The translations under genes and the position numbers were made by a program. Source: Gemmatimonadota bacterium (GTDB lineage: Bacteria; Gemmatimonadota; Gemmatimonadetes; Gemmatimonadales; Gemmatimonadaceae). Taken from it: a stretch of 64,000 nt of DNA. The notes beneath the pieces are model-generated. The model was not told where the DNA came from and made no database searches. It saw only the letters and a list, made by a program, of their open reading frames with translations. Shown here in pieces: positions 20,439-30,709 of the stretch. Location: positions 11,905 to 75,904 of the forward strand of contig JACPFW010000026.1 of assembly GCA_016182795.1 (NCBI GenBank). The letters run 5' to 3'. Every line of letters begins with the position of its first letter. The first letter of the stretch is position 1.

Positions 20439-21497
20439 ATGCGCATCCTGCACCTCCTCAACCACGTCGACCGCATTGGCAACGGCATCGCCAATGTCGC
20501 CGTCGATCTGGCTTGTGTGCAGGCGCGCGAGGGGCACGACGTCTGGGTGGCGTCCAAGGGCGGGTCGTACGAGCCGCTCCTCGCGCGCCACGGCGTGCAT
20601 CACGTGCGCATCGACCAGACGCGGCGGCCCTTCTCCCTCGTCCGCGCGATCCTCGCGCTCCGCGCGCTGCTGCGCCGCGAACGCATCGACATCGTGCACG
20701 CGCATATGGTTACCGGCTTCGTGCTCGCGCGCTGCCTGCGCCCGCTCGCGCCGTGGCGCCTCGTGGCCAGCGTGCACAACGAGTGGCAGCGCAGCTCGAA
20801 CCTCATGCGTGGCGCCGATCGGGTGATCACGATGAGCGAAGACGCCGTCGACCGGCTCTCCGCGCGCGGCATGCGTCGCGACCGCCTGCGCGCCGTGCGC
20901 AACGGCACGGTGGGCAGTCCGCGGCTCGCCGACCTGCCGGACGAACCGGCCGCCCTGCAGCAGCCGTCCATCGTGACCGTCGCCGGGCTCTACGAGCGAA
21001 AAGGCATCGCCGATCTGATCGCGGCGTTCGATGCGCTCGCCCCTGCGCATCCCGACGCGCATCTCTACGTCGTCGGCGAAGGGCCGGACCGCGCGCGCTT
21101 CGAGGCACTGGCGCGCGCCTCAGCCGCCGGCGCGCGCATTCACTTTGAAGGTTTCCGTCCGGCGCCGCGCCCCTACCTGCGGGCCGCGACGGTCTTCGTG
21201 CTCGCCTCGCACGCGGAGCCCGGTGGACTCGTCCTTCCCGAAGCGCGCGACTGCGGCGCCGCGATCGTCTCCACGGCCGTCGACGGCTCGCCCGAACTGC
21301 TCGACCACGGCCGCGCCGGACTGCTCGTGCCGCCCGCCGACCCGCCGGCGCTGGCTGCCGCCATCAGTCGTCTGCTCGCTGACGACACCGAACGCGCCCG
21401 CTGGCGCGCCGCGGCGCGCGAGAACCTCGACTGGCTGCGCATCGATCGTCAGCACGAGGAGACGCTCGCCGTCTACCGCGACGCGCTCGCCCGCTAG
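20439..21497 (+). CDS. Glycosyltransferase family 4 (GT-B, GT1 superfamily)
   Basis: MRILHLLNHVDRIGNGIANVAVDLA...EPGGLVLPEARDCGAAIVSTAVDGSPELL carries the EX7E-type C-terminal motif. The track start at 20331 translates the 10-mer repeat and is rejected. Confidence 0.85.
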   Translation: MRILHLLNHVDRIGNGIANVAVDLACVQAREGHDVWVASKGGSYEPLLARHGVHHVRIDQTRRPFSLVRAILALRALLRRERIDIVHAHMVTGFVLARCLRPLAPWRLVASVHNEWQRSSNLMRGADRVITMSEDAVDRLSARGMRRDRLRAVRNGTVGSPRLADLPDEPAALQQPSIVTVAGLYERKGIADLIAAFDALAPAHPDAHLYVVGEGPDRARFEALARASAAGARIHFEGFRPAPRPYLRAATVFVLASHAEPGGLVLPEARDCGAAIVSTAVDGSPELLDHGRAGLLVPPADPPALAAAISRLLADDTERARWRAAARENLDWLRIDRQHEETLAVYRDALAR

Positions 21498-21500
21498 CCG

Positions 21501-22103
21501 CTACCCGCGCTTGAACTCGCCCGACGCGCGCAGCGGCGTGGTGAAGAACTCCGTGATCTCGTCGGCCGGCAGCAGTCCCCACAGCACGCGCCCGTCGGGG
21601 CGCACCAGCCGCGGCACGCCGCCGAGGCGCCGCGTCACCCACTCCATGTCCCACTCGTCGGCGAGGCGGTACCCCGCCGGTCCGTCGAGATCGACCCACC
21701 CGGGCACGCCCGACCACGCGGCCACCGAGTTGATCACCGTGCCGTCCGCAATGTCCTCGCCGCGCACCCAGAGCGCCGCGCCGAGCGCGCGGCGGAACGC
21801 CGTCGCCCGCGCCGGATGCTGACGGTGCACCGCGGCCACCGCCGCGATGGCGCGCCGCGTGTTCGGCTTGATGGGCGGCGGCGTCAGCGCCACGTCCGGC
21901 GCGAGGTGACGCACCGCGTCCACGTCGTCCTCCAGCGCGTGCATCACGCGACGATCGCCAAGCCGTGACGGCACCGGCAGACCGGGATCGTGCTGCACGC
22001 CGCGCCAGTCGCACCGGTGCAGCAGCCCCAGCACCTCGAGCCGCGCCGTCAGCGCGTAGCTGTACGGGCAGTTGAGGTCGGCGTAGAGCGTTGCGTTCAC
22101 CAT
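21501..22103 (-). CDS. DsbA-like thioredoxin-fold protein (CPYS monothiol motif)
   Basis: MVNATLYADLNCPYSYALTARLE... places the active-site-like motif at the start of helix 1, as in the DSBA / HCCA-isomerase-like family. Confidence 0.55.
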   Translation of the reverse strand: MVNATLYADLNCPYSYALTARLEVLGLLHRCDWRGVQHDPGLPVPSRLGDRRVMHALEDDVDAVRHLAPDVALTPPPIKPNTRRAIAAVAAVHRQHPARATAFRRALGAALWVRGEDIADGTVINSVAAWSGVPGWVDLDGPAGYRLADEWDMEWVTRRLGGVPRLVRPDGRVLWGLLPADEITEFFTTPLRASGEFKRG

Positions 22104-22289
22104 GCGCGCCTCACCGGCCCCGCAGACAGGCGGGCGCTGAAGGCACGACGGAAACGGCAAGCGGGTGGCGTGGCATATCAGGACGTGGGGGTCGCCTGAA
22201 AGCTACGACCAGCGCAGGCAGGCATCTACCTCGACCTCCGAGCTCGCGCCTCATTCCAAAATGACCGCCAGAGCGGCATAATTCCGCCC

Positions 22290-22778
22290 ATGTCCTCTAC
22301 ACCTCTGGTCGGCGTCATCATGGGGAGCGCCAGCGACAACGAGGCGCTCATCCCCGCCTGCGAAATGCTCGACAAGTTCGGCATTCCGTACGAGAAGGCC
22401 ATCATCTCCGCCCATCGCACGCCGGACTGGCTGTTCGAATGGGCGCAAGGCGCGGAGTCGCGCGGCCTGATGGTCATCATCGCGGCGGCGGGCGCGGCGG
22501 CGGCCTTGCCAGGAATGGTCGCGGCCCTCACGCTCGTCCCCGTGCTCGGCGTGCCCCTGCCGGCCACGGCGCTCAACGGCGTCGATGCCCTGCTCTCCAT
22601 CGTGCAGATGCCGGCCGGCGTCCCCGTCGGAACGCTCGCCATCGGCAAGCCGGGCGCCACGAACGCGGCGATCCTTGCCGCCGAGATCATTGGCGTGCGC
22701 CACCCCGAGGTGCGGGAGCGGATTCGCGACTGGCGCGCGCAGCGCGCGGCCGCGGCGCGCGACGTGAAGGTTCCGTAG
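22290..22778 (+). CDS. purE: N5-carboxyaminoimidazole ribonucleotide mutase
   Basis: VGVIMGSASDNE...SAHRTPD...IIAAAGAAAALPGMVAA...PVLGVP are canonical PurE motifs. Confidence 0.93.
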   Translation: MSSTPLVGVIMGSASDNEALIPACEMLDKFGIPYEKAIISAHRTPDWLFEWAQGAESRGLMVIIAAAGAAAALPGMVAALTLVPVLGVPLPATALNGVDALLSIVQMPAGVPVGTLAIGKPGATNAAILAAEIIGVRHPEVRERIRDWRAQRAAAARDVKVP

Positions 22779-22809
22779 CGCGCCCTCTCAGCCATCCGCT
22801 GGAACATTC

Positions 22810-23283
22810 TTGGGTCCCAGGAGCTTCATCGTGGACGTGTCGACGCCGACCTTCCGAATTCTCAGTCATGCCGAATGCATCGCCCTCTTGGCCGCGCATC
22901 ACGTAGGACGCATTGCGTTCGGCTACTTTGGGCGCGTGGACATCCAGCCCATCCACTACGTGTGGGACGACGGATTCGTCTACGGCCGCACGCGCGACGG
23001 CTCGAAGCTCCGCGCCATCTCCGCCGTGAAGCAGGTGGCCTTCGAAGTCGATGACGTCGCCGCCATGTATGACTGGCGCAGCGTGGTCGTGAAGGGGCCC
23101 CTTGAGCTGCTCACCATCGAGTCGGACGGCGCCGCCGAAGGCAACAGCGCCTGGTCGCACGGCGTCGCGCTGCTCAGGCGCATCGTACCCGACGCATTCA
23201 CGGCCCTCGACCCGACGCCGGAACGCACGACGCTGTTCCGCATCCGCGCCGAACAGCTCACCGGACGCGCGGCGTCCGTGTGA
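22810..23283 (+). CDS. Pyridoxamine 5'-phosphate oxidase-like (FMN-binding split-barrel) family protein
   Basis: FRILSHAECIALLAAHHVGRIAFGYFGRVDIQPIHYVWDDGFVYGRT...VAFEVDDV...WRSVVVKG matches the Pyridox_ox_2-type pattern. The start (TTG) is uncertain. Confidence 0.65.
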   Translation: MGPRSFIVDVSTPTFRILSHAECIALLAAHHVGRIAFGYFGRVDIQPIHYVWDDGFVYGRTRDGSKLRAISAVKQVAFEVDDVAAMYDWRSVVVKGPLELLTIESDGAAEGNSAWSHGVALLRRIVPDAFTALDPTPERTTLFRIRAEQLTGRAASV

Positions 23284-23295
23284 GCGCGGGCGCGG

Positions 23296-24420
23296 CTACT
23301 TCCCGCGCCCGTACCGCTTCAGGATCTCGCGCACCTTGTCGAGAGGAATGGCCTCCACCGTGCGTCCGTTTCCCGTGACGCTCGTCGCCTGAAACAGCGA
23401 GTTGTAGATCGCCTCTTCGGTCGCTTCGACAACCGCTTCAAAGATCCCGGAGACGTCCTCGTTGGCCAGCTCGACCGTTTCGAGCCGCCGCGCATTGAAC
23501 GCGCGACGCTGCTCCTTGGCGGTGGAGAACGCAATCACGTAGTCGCCGCTGCCGTTGGACGCCGACGACCCGGTGCGCCCCAGTCCCATCATTGCCCGTG
23601 ACGCCACGCGCTTGAGGTTGCGGTCGCTGAGCGGCGCGTCAGTGGCCACGACCATCATGATCGAGCCGTCGCCGCCGTCGCGCGAGGTCGCGTCCTTGAA
23701 CGAATACTGCCCCAGTTCGCGCCCCACGGGCGCGCCTTCCACCTGCAGGATGCCGCCAAAGTTGCTCTGCACCAGCACGCCCACCGTGTAGCCGCCCAGC
23801 GACGACGGCAGGACGCGCGACGACGTGCCGATGCCGCCCTTCCAACCGAACGCCACCGTCCCCTGCCCGGCGCCCACACTTCCCTCGGCTACCGCGCCGC
23901 TCGTGGCGCCGTCGAGCGCCGCACGCACCTGCGCCTCGGTCACCGGCCGCGCGCGGATGTCGTTGAGCACGCCGTCATTGGTCTCGCCGACCACCGGGTT
24001 GATGGAGCGCACGCGCTCCATCCCCGGCTTCTCCAGCATCCACGCCGTCATTGCGTCCGCCGCCTTCCACACACACAGCGTGCACGTGAGGAGGATGGGC
24101 GTCTCCAACTCGCCGAGTTCATTGGCCTGCGTGGAACCGATCAGCTTGCCAAAGCCGTTCCCCACCCAGATGGCTGCCGGTACGCGCTCGAGATACGCGT
24201 TGCCCTCGTGCGGCAGGATGGCCGTCACCCCCGTGCGCACACGATCGCCTTCGATGATGGTGGCATGCCCGACGCGCACCCCGGCGACGTCGGTGATGGC
24301 GTTGTTGGACCCGGGCGCAAAGACGCCGGGCGCCACGCCAAGGTCGCGCGCGCGGGCGCGCTGGGCAGCGAGCGGTGTGGTCATGGCGGCAAGCAGGAAA
24401 GCGGCGGTGAGCGCTCGCAT
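23296..24420 (-). CDS. DmpA/S58-family L-aminopeptidase
   Basis: The signal peptide is followed by NAITDVAGVRVGH...TGVTAILP...NDGVLND...GAGQGTVAFGWKGGIGTSS, which includes the self-cleavage GxS/T site typical of the peptidase S58 / P1 family. Confidence 0.8.
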   Translation of the reverse strand: MRALTAAFLLAAMTTPLAAQRARARDLGVAPGVFAPGSNNAITDVAGVRVGHATIIEGDRVRTGVTAILPHEGNAYLERVPAAIWVGNGFGKLIGSTQANELGELETPILLTCTLCVWKAADAMTAWMLEKPGMERVRSINPVVGETNDGVLNDIRARPVTEAQVRAALDGATSGAVAEGSVGAGQGTVAFGWKGGIGTSSRVLPSSLGGYTVGVLVQSNFGGILQVEGAPVGRELGQYSFKDATSRDGGDGSIMMVVATDAPLSDRNLKRVASRAMMGLGRTGSSASNGSGDYVIAFSTAKEQRRAFNARRLETVELANEDVSGIFEAVVEATEEAIYNSLFQATSVTGNGRTVEAIPLDKVREILKRYGRGK

Positions 24421-24533
24421 GGCGATTCAGTCGCGGAAGATCCGGCGAAGCGCGCCGGGCGCGGAACCGGCGCCGCCGGCTCGTGTTGAAACTGGTCAAA
24501 GTCCCTCCGACCGTCTATCGTCAGGGGGGCAAT

Positions 24534-24561
24534 CTGCCATCCGCCATCCGCCATCCGCCAT
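24534..24561. repeat. Tandem heptamer array, ctgccat + 3 x ccgccat
   Basis: Read directly. It ends 7 nt before the proposed holB TTG start. The C(Y)(R)CC(N)T word class is the same as at 8745-8821. Confidence 0.9.
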
Positions 24562-24568
24562 CACTCGC

Positions 24569-25627
24569 TTGCCTCTTCTGCCGCTCATCGGACACAGCGA
24601 TCTTCGCGCCCGCTTCGCCTCCCAATGGCGCGCCGGCCGGTTGCCCGCATCAATGCTTTTGCACGGCCCCGAAGGCGTGGGCAAGCAGCGGCTGGCGCTG
24701 TGGATCGGGCAGATGCTGCTCTGCACCGGAGATGCCGCGCCGTGCGGCGAGTGCCAGTCGTGCCGGTACGCCGTCGAGTTGCAGCATCCCGACCTCCACT
24801 GGATCTTCCCGCGTCCGAAGCTCAAGGACGATCCTGGCCCCGAGGACGTGCAGGAGGACCTCGAGCAGGCCGCGGCCGATCGCGTCAAGGCCGGCGGGCT
24901 CTACGCGCGCCCCGGCGGCGCCGAAGGGATCTACGCCTACGTCGGGCGGATGCTCGTGCAACAGGCGTCGCTCTCCCCCGCGCTCGGCCGTCGCAAGGTC
25001 TTCGTGATTGGCGACGCCGAGCGCATGGTGCCGCAGGTCTCCAGCCCCGAAGCGGCCAACGCCGTGCTCAAGCTGCTCGAGGAGCCGCCGGCCAGCGCGA
25101 CGTTCATCCTCACGTCCAGCGAACCCTCGTCGCTGCTCCCCACCATCCGGTCGCGGATGATTGCGTTTCGCGTGCCGAGACTCGGCGATGCCGACTTGCG
25201 CCGCTTCATCGCCGAACCGGCGGTCCGCGAAGCGTTGGGCGCCGGCGGCACCGACGAGGAGCGCGTGCGGATGTGCGACGGCGCGCCGGGCCGACTGCTC
25301 GGCCACGAGGAGCAGGCGGCGGTGTTCGCCCGCGCGCGCCTGTTTCTCGACGCGGCGCAGGGCGGGCGCGATCGCTGGCTGCGCGCCGCGTTCGGCCAGG
25401 GCGGCAAGGGCGCGCGCGGCGCCTTCTCCGATGTGCTCGACGCCGTGAGCGTGTTGTTGCACGAGCGGTCGCGCACCGCGGCCGCCGCCGGACACGACCA
25501 CGCGGCCCTCGCCGCCGCTCGCGCCATGCGCGCCGTCGAAGAGGCCAAGCTCGCCGCCCAGCAGAACGTCTCACCGCAGCTCCTCAGCGCGCGCCTGATG
25601 CGCGAGCTCTCGCACCTCGGATCATGA
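24569..25627 (+). CDS. holB: DNA polymerase III delta-prime subunit
   Basis: [38 protein letters not shown]...CGECQSCR carries the AAA+ clamp-loader P-loop and zinc module. The start at TTG 24569 was chosen from the usual short N-terminus. The only upstream in-frame alternative is ATG 24419, which would translate the heptamer array. Confidence 0.75.
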   Translation: MPLLPLIGHSDLRARFASQWRAGRLPASMLLHGPEGVGKQRLALWIGQMLLCTGDAAPCGECQSCRYAVELQHPDLHWIFPRPKLKDDPGPEDVQEDLEQAAADRVKAGGLYARPGGAEGIYAYVGRMLVQQASLSPALGRRKVFVIGDAERMVPQVSSPEAANAVLKLLEEPPASATFILTSSEPSSLLPTIRSRMIAFRVPRLGDADLRRFIAEPAVREALGAGGTDEERVRMCDGAPGRLLGHEEQAAVFARARLFLDAAQGGRDRWLRAAFGQGGKGARGAFSDVLDAVSVLLHERSRTAAAAGHDHAALAAARAMRAVEEAKLAAQQNVSPQLLSARLMRELSHLGS

Positions 25628-26118
25628 GCGAACTCTCCCACGTCAATCGCGCCGGCGAGGCGTCGATGGTCGATGTCTCCGCCAAGCCGGCCACCGCGCG
25701 CATGGCACGCGCTGAGGGGCGCATCCGCATGTCGGCCGACGCGCTGCGCGCCATTCGCGACAACACGCTCGCCAAGGGCGATGTGCTCGCCGTCGCGCGT
25801 GTCGCCGGCATTCAGGCCGCCAAGCGCACCGCCGACCTGATTCCCCTCTGCCATCCCCTCGCGCTCACCGACGTGCAGGTGCGTTTCACGCTCGACGAGG
25901 CGCTGCCCGGTGTGCGCTGCGAGGCCGACGCCCGCACGGTGGCCGGCACCGGCGTGGAGATGGAGGCCGTGACCGCCGTGTCGGTGGCGCTTCTCACCGT
26001 GTACGACATGGCGAAGAGTGTGGACAAAGCGATGCAGATTGACGGCGTGCGCCTGCTCGAGAAGAGCGGCGGCAAATCCGGACTCTGGCGCGTGGCGGGC
26101 GACGCGCGCGAACCCTAG
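25624..26118 (+). CDS. moaC: Cyclic pyranopterin monophosphate synthase
   Basis: [22 protein letters not shown]...[29 protein letters not shown]...TGVEMEA. The ATG overlaps the holB stop (ATGA). Confidence 0.92.
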   Translation: MSELSHVNRAGEASMVDVSAKPATARMARAEGRIRMSADALRAIRDNTLAKGDVLAVARVAGIQAAKRTADLIPLCHPLALTDVQVRFTLDEALPGVRCEADARTVAGTGVEMEAVTAVSVALLTVYDMAKSVDKAMQIDGVRLLEKSGGKSGLWRVAGDAREP

Positions 26119-27815
26119 CGAGCGGTCGGCTTCGCGCTGGTTTTGGGTTTCGGCTTCGCGCTGGACTTCGCGCTGGTCTTCGCGCCCGTCGTGGTGCTCT
26201 TCTTCGCACTGGTCGTCGCCTTCGGCTTCGTGCTCGGCTTCGCCACTGTCTTCGGCTTTGCCTTCGGCGTCGCGGCGCGCCCCGACACCACGAGCATCTG
26301 CCCCGCCAGCAGCTTGTCGCCCTTCATTCCATTCAGCCGCTTCAGCGTCGCCACGCTCGTGCCGTAGCGCTTGGCGATCGCGCCAAGCGTCTGGCCGCTG
26401 GTCACCTTGTGACGACGCACGCCGCTCGACCGTGACGGGTAGCGCTCGACCGACGGATTCGGCACGTCGCGCGCCAACGTCACCACATCGCGTCGCGGCA
26501 CGAGAATCGTCTGCCCCGCACGCAGCGCGCCGCTCTTGAGCCTGGCCGCCTTGGGGTTGTACCACGCGAGCTGCTTGGACGTCAGTCCGTGCTTCTTGGC
26601 GATCGACGCCATGGTCTGTCCCTTCTTCGTCACCACGCGCTCCACCGCGCGCCGCTCCGACTCGTCGAGCGCCGAAAACCGATCAGCGAAGTCGCCGGCG
26701 AGTCCCGTCGGCACGCGCACCCACATCGAATCGCCGAGTGGCGTCATCCCCCGCAGGAGGTGCGGATTGAGTTCCGACACCACGTCGCCGCCAATCGTGA
26801 GTGCATTGGCCACCGCCACTAGCGGCGTGCCGCCCGGCGCGCGCACGGAGTCGTACGCATACGGCGGCAGCGAATCGACGCGCACGTTGTAGCGCGCCGG
26901 CTCCTCGCCCACCAACGCGGCGCCAATGATCTTCGGCACATAGTCGCGCGTCTCGGGGCGCAGATAGCTCTTCTCGGCGAGCGCGAAGAACCGATCGTCG
27001 CCTTCCACGCCGTCGAGATCACTGGCGTAACGCGCCAGGCCGCGCGAGACACGCCCCGAGCCGCCGTTGTACGCCGCGGCCGCCAGATACAGCGAGCCAA
27101 ACTGATCGCGGAGCCCCAGCAGCAGGCGCGCCGCCGCCTCGGTGGATCGCACCGGGTCGCGGCGCTCGTCGACCCACCAGTCCACGCGCAGTCCCATCCC
27201 GCGCGCCGTCCCCGCCATGAACTGCCAGATGCCAACCGCCGCCGCCCGCGAATAGGCGTGCGGGTTGAACCAGCTCTCCACCAGCGCGAGGTAGGTGAGG
27301 TCCTCCGGCAGTCCGGTGCGCCGCAGCCGCTCGCGAATCATCGGGCCGTAGCGTGTCTGCCGCTGCAGCGCCACTTCAAAGATGTTCTTCGCGCGACCGC
27401 TGAAGATCTCCACGTACTCGCCCACGCGTTTGCGCGTCTCGTACGAGCGCACGTCGATGTCCCACACCGGGGCGCCCGGCGCTTCCATGGTATCGGTGGC
27501 CGGCGGCGGTGCCTCGCCGGCGAACATCCGCGTCGTTTCTCGCGTGACATCGGCGGCCGACACGCTGTCGGGCGCGCTCGCCGTGCCCGCGGCGCGCGTC
27601 ACGCTTGCCGTACCGTTGCCGTTGCCGTTTGCCGGTTTTGACGTCGATGCTGGTGCCGACGCACTCGAGGGCGCGCCCGTCGCCGGCGGCGTTTGCGTCG
27701 ACGCGACTGGCGCTGCCGCGCTTGGCACCGCAGACGGCGCCGGCGTCACTCGAGAGTGCACACACCCCGCGACGAGCACGGTGGAGATAGTCAGCAGGAA
27801 GGCAGCGCGGCGCAT
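26115..27815 (-). CDS. Membrane-bound lytic murein transglycosylase D-like lipoprotein with LysM domains
   Basis: Lipobox LVAGC, SLT core [21 protein letters not shown]...[12 protein letters not shown], and three LysM-like repeats (for example [28 protein letters not shown]). The C-terminal tail is Lys/Ala/Thr-rich. Confidence 0.85.
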   Translation of the reverse strand: MRRAAFLLTISTVLVAGCVHSRVTPAPSAVPSAAAPVASTQTPPATGAPSSASAPASTSKPANGNGNGTASVTRAAGTASAPDSVSAADVTRETTRMFAGEAPPPATDTMEAPGAPVWDIDVRSYETRKRVGEYVEIFSGRAKNIFEVALQRQTRYGPMIRERLRRTGLPEDLTYLALVESWFNPHAYSRAAAVGIWQFMAGTARGMGLRVDWWVDERRDPVRSTEAAARLLLGLRDQFGSLYLAAAAYNGGSGRVSRGLARYASDLDGVEGDDRFFALAEKSYLRPETRDYVPKIIGAALVGEEPARYNVRVDSLPPYAYDSVRAPGGTPLVAVANALTIGGDVVSELNPHLLRGMTPLGDSMWVRVPTGLAGDFADRFSALDESERRAVERVVTKKGQTMASIAKKHGLTSKQLAWYNPKAARLKSGALRAGQTILVPRRDVVTLARDVPNPSVERYPSRSSGVRRHKVTSGQTLGAIAKRYGTSVATLKRLNGMKGDKLLAGQMLVVSGRAATPKAKPKTVAKPSTKPKATTSAKKSTTTGAKTSAKSSAKPKPKTSAKPTAR

Positions 27816-27860
27816 CCGTGTAACCTATCCAGCGATCCCCGACAGGGATATACTCGCGGC

Positions 27861-28835
27861 ATGTCTCCGCACCGATCGCGACACCAGCTCATCTCGCCCA
27901 GCGCGCGCCTCGCGCTCGTCCTGTTTCTCCTCGTCGCCGCCAGTCTTGCGTCATGCGGACGCATCGGGCGCGCCACGACCGCTGCCCCGTCGCCAGCAGC
28001 AGCGCGCACGGACTACTCGACCCTCCGTCGCGCCATCGATCAGCGCATCGCGGGCGTTGCCGGCGCGCAGGTGGCCGTCTGGCTGCAGGATCTCGGCACC
28101 GGCGACACGCTCGCCCTCAACGCCACGACCTCGTTTCACGCGGCGTCCACCATGAAGGTGCCGGTGATGATCGAGCTGTTCCGGCGCGCCGACGCCGGGC
28201 GCCTGCGACTCGACAGCGCCATCATCCTGCAGAATCGTTTCGCCTCCATCGTCGACGGTTCGCCGTTCACGCTCGACGCCGGCGACGACTCGGACTCGTC
28301 GCTCTACGCCAAGATCGGCCAGCCGGTCACCCTGCGCGAACTCAACACGCGCATGATCATGCGGTCGAGCAACCTGGCCACCAACGCCGTCATCGAGCTG
28401 CTCGACGCGCGCACCGCCAACGCCACCGCGCACGCGCTCGGCGCCACCACCATCCAGGTGCGGCGCGGCGTCGAGGACACCAAGGCGTTCAACGCCGGTC
28501 TCAACAACACCACGTCGGCCCGCGACCTCGGCGTGCTCATGGCGGCCATCGCGCAGAACCGCGCGGCGTCCACGGCCTCCTGCGCGGCGATGCGCGACAT
28601 CCTCCTGCGGCAGGAGTTCAACACCGAAATCCCGGCCGGGGTGCCGCCCGGCACGCCAGTGGCGCACAAGACGGGATGGATTACCGGCACCACGCACGAC
28701 GCCGCCATCGTCTACCCGCCGCGTCGCGCGCCGTATGTGCTGGTCATCCACACGCGCGCCATTCCCCAGCGCGATGTCGCCGAGCGCCTGATGGCCGACA
28801 TCTCGCGCGAAGTGTGGACGGCGGTGGTGCGCTAG
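27861..28835 (+). CDS. Class A beta-lactamase-family serine hydrolase (lipoprotein)
   Basis: ATG 27861; lipobox LASCG; SxxK (STMK), S-S-N in place of SDN, and KTG (HKTGW) all occur in the expected order. Confidence 0.75.
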   Translation: MSPHRSRHQLISPSARLALVLFLLVAASLASCGRIGRATTAAPSPAAARTDYSTLRRAIDQRIAGVAGAQVAVWLQDLGTGDTLALNATTSFHAASTMKVPVMIELFRRADAGRLRLDSAIILQNRFASIVDGSPFTLDAGDDSDSSLYAKIGQPVTLRELNTRMIMRSSNLATNAVIELLDARTANATAHALGATTIQVRRGVEDTKAFNAGLNNTTSARDLGVLMAAIAQNRAASTASCAAMRDILLRQEFNTEIPAGVPPGTPVAHKTGWITGTTHDAAIVYPPRRAPYVLVIHTRAIPQRDVAERLMADISREVWTAVVR

Positions 28836-28883
28836 GCCGCGCGCCGCTCGATCGTCGCGCGCGCCCTCTGGCGCGCCGCGGCG

Positions 28884-30494
28884 CTACCTGGCGGCCGGCA
28901 GGGCGACGAAGAACGAACTGCCTTCGCCGAGCACGCTCTCCACCCAGATGCGCCCGCCGTGCGCCTCGACGATGCCGCGCGCGATCGACAGCCCCAGCCC
29001 CGATCCGCTCTTGTTGGCGCCGCGCTTGCGCGTGTAATACCGCTCGAAAATGCGCGGCAGCTGCTCGGCGGGAATGCCGCTCCCCGTGTCGCGCACGGTC
29101 AGCAGCACCTCGTCGCCGTTCGACGAGGCCGACACGGTCACCGTGCCGCCGCGCTCCGTGTACTTGAGGCTGTTGCCGAGCAGGTTGGTGAGCACCTGAA
29201 TGAGGCGCGCCGCATCGCCGTGCACCGCCGGCACCGCGGATCCGGTGTTCGCCGTCAGCGTGACGCCGCGCTGCTGGGCCTGCGGCCCCACCATTGCGAC
29301 CGCCTGCCGGATGATCGGCTCCACCTGCTCGGTGCGCCGCTCCACCGACAGCTTGCCCACTTCGATGGTCGAGACGTCGAGCAGATCCTGAATCAGCTTG
29401 GACATCCAGTCGGCGGAGTTGCCGATCGCCTGCAGCAGGTGCCTCTGCTCCTTGACGTCCGACGGCGGTGCCTCGAGCAGGGCCGCCGCGCACAGGCGAA
29501 TCGCGGCCAGCGGATTGCCAAGGTCGTGCGACACGACGCTCAGCACATCCTCGCGCGCCCGCGTCGCGCGCTGCGCAATGGTGTACAGTCGCGAATTGTC
29601 CATCGCGTACGCCGCGCGCGTCCCCAGCGCCTGCGCCAGCTTCACCTGCTCCGCCGTGAACGGCGCGCTGTTCAGCCGCACGAGCGTCAGGGCGCCAAGC
29701 ACGTGGTCGCGCGCGATCAGCGGCAGGAAGAGCGCCGACCTCGCCCTCAGCGCCTTCCAGCGCGCCAGTTCCGCCGTTGACTCCGTGTGCCCCTCGAGCC
29801 AGTCGTCGGTGATGGCGCCAATCACCTCGGCCTTCTGCGAACGCATTGCGTCGATCGCGCGCCACGGGCTGTCCCAGCTCAGCGTGTACTGCCCGACGGT
29901 CAGCAGCGCGGCGTTCAGCTCGGGCACGTCACTGCGGCTCACCTGCCGCTGCCAGGCGCCGTCGGCGCCCACGACGTCCACAATGCACGCCTCGGCGAGA
30001 TACGGCACCGGCACGCTCGCCAGCGCCTGCAGCGTGCGTCCCACGTCCAGCGACGTGCCCAGCAGTCCGCCGACTTCAGAGAGGAACCGCTCGTTGCGCT
30101 CGCGCAGCGTGCGCTCCGTGATGTCGCGCAGCACCACCGTGTAGATGGGCCCGTGGCGCGTCTCGAGCCGCGAGATCGACGCTTCCGCCGGGAACTCGGT
30201 GCCGTCCTTGCGCACGCCGTAGATCTCGCGGCGCTCGGCCATCCGCCGCGCCCGCTCCGGGCTCTTGCGGAACTGTTCGACGTGCGCGCTATGCGCGCCG
30301 CGGTAGCGGTCGGGCATCAGGAGCGCCAGCGGCCGCCCCACCACTTCCTCGGGGAGATACCCAAAGACCTGCGCCGCCCCCTGATTGAAGTGCAGCACGT
30401 GCTGCGACGACGATACGACGATGATCGCATCCGCGGCGATGTCGAGCATGCTCGCGAACAATGCGTCGGGCGCCGCGATCGTCGCGACGCTCAC
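28884..30494 (-). CDS. PAS/GAF sensor histidine kinase
   Basis: An N-terminal PAS (ADAIIVVSSSQHVLHFNQGAAQVFGY...) is followed by a GAF-like segment, HisKA (VVSHDLGNPLAAI) and HATPase_c (DTGSGIP...GSGLGLSIARGIVEAHGG). Confidence 0.85.
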   Translation of the reverse strand: MSVATIAAPDALFASMLDIAADAIIVVSSSQHVLHFNQGAAQVFGYLPEEVVGRPLALLMPDRYRGAHSAHVEQFRKSPERARRMAERREIYGVRKDGTEFPAEASISRLETRHGPIYTVVLRDITERTLRERNERFLSEVGGLLGTSLDVGRTLQALASVPVPYLAEACIVDVVGADGAWQRQVSRSDVPELNAALLTVGQYTLSWDSPWRAIDAMRSQKAEVIGAITDDWLEGHTESTAELARWKALRARSALFLPLIARDHVLGALTLVRLNSAPFTAEQVKLAQALGTRAAYAMDNSRLYTIAQRATRAREDVLSVVSHDLGNPLAAIRLCAAALLEAPPSDVKEQRHLLQAIGNSADWMSKLIQDLLDVSTIEVGKLSVERRTEQVEPIIRQAVAMVGPQAQQRGVTLTANTGSAVPAVHGDAARLIQVLTNLLGNSLKYTERGGTVTVSASSNGDEVLLTVRDTGSGIPAEQLPRIFERYYTRKRGANKSGSGLGLSIARGIVEAHGGRIWVESVLGEGSSFFVALPAAR

Positions 30495-30617
30495 ATCGTC
30501 AGAAAGTTCGTCTCGGCGCAGGCGATAGGGGGGCTGGGGTCCATGTCGGGTGCTGGTGCCTCACTCTGAAAATGCATCGCGAGCGCTCCAACGCAAGGCA
30601 TTCACGGGGGCGAAGTC

Positions 30618-30631
30618 GGGGGAATTCCCCC
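30618..30631. promoter_or_regulatory. Perfect 14-bp palindrome GGGGGAATTCCCCC in a divergent promoter region
   Basis: Read directly. It lies between the sensor kinase start (30494, minus strand) and the Usp start (30710, plus strand). It is only a candidate operator. Confidence 0.3.
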
Positions 30632-30709
30632 ACGTCGTTTGGGAACGATGCCCGACTGTCTCGCGTGGCGTGGTCCCCTAGCCTGATAATGAAAGCTCCT
30701 GGAGCCGCA

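Noticed and set aside
19436-22200. Genomic island integrated at the tRNA-Asn 3' end, prompted by the AT-rich patch attttaatgaggtatgtaatagtcctcttttatcc at about 19503-19537
   Set aside because: There is no integrase, no direct repeat of the tRNA 3' end, and the downstream genes (fasciclin, GT4, DsbA-like) have the same GC-rich composition as the rest of the window.
24625-26565. ORFs 24625-26118 (plus strand, upstream part) and 24937-26565 (minus strand)
   Set aside because: Only the last 165 codons of the plus-strand ORF (MoaC, from ATG 25624) are real. The remainder is off-frame over holB, and the minus-strand ORF is antisense to holB and moaC.
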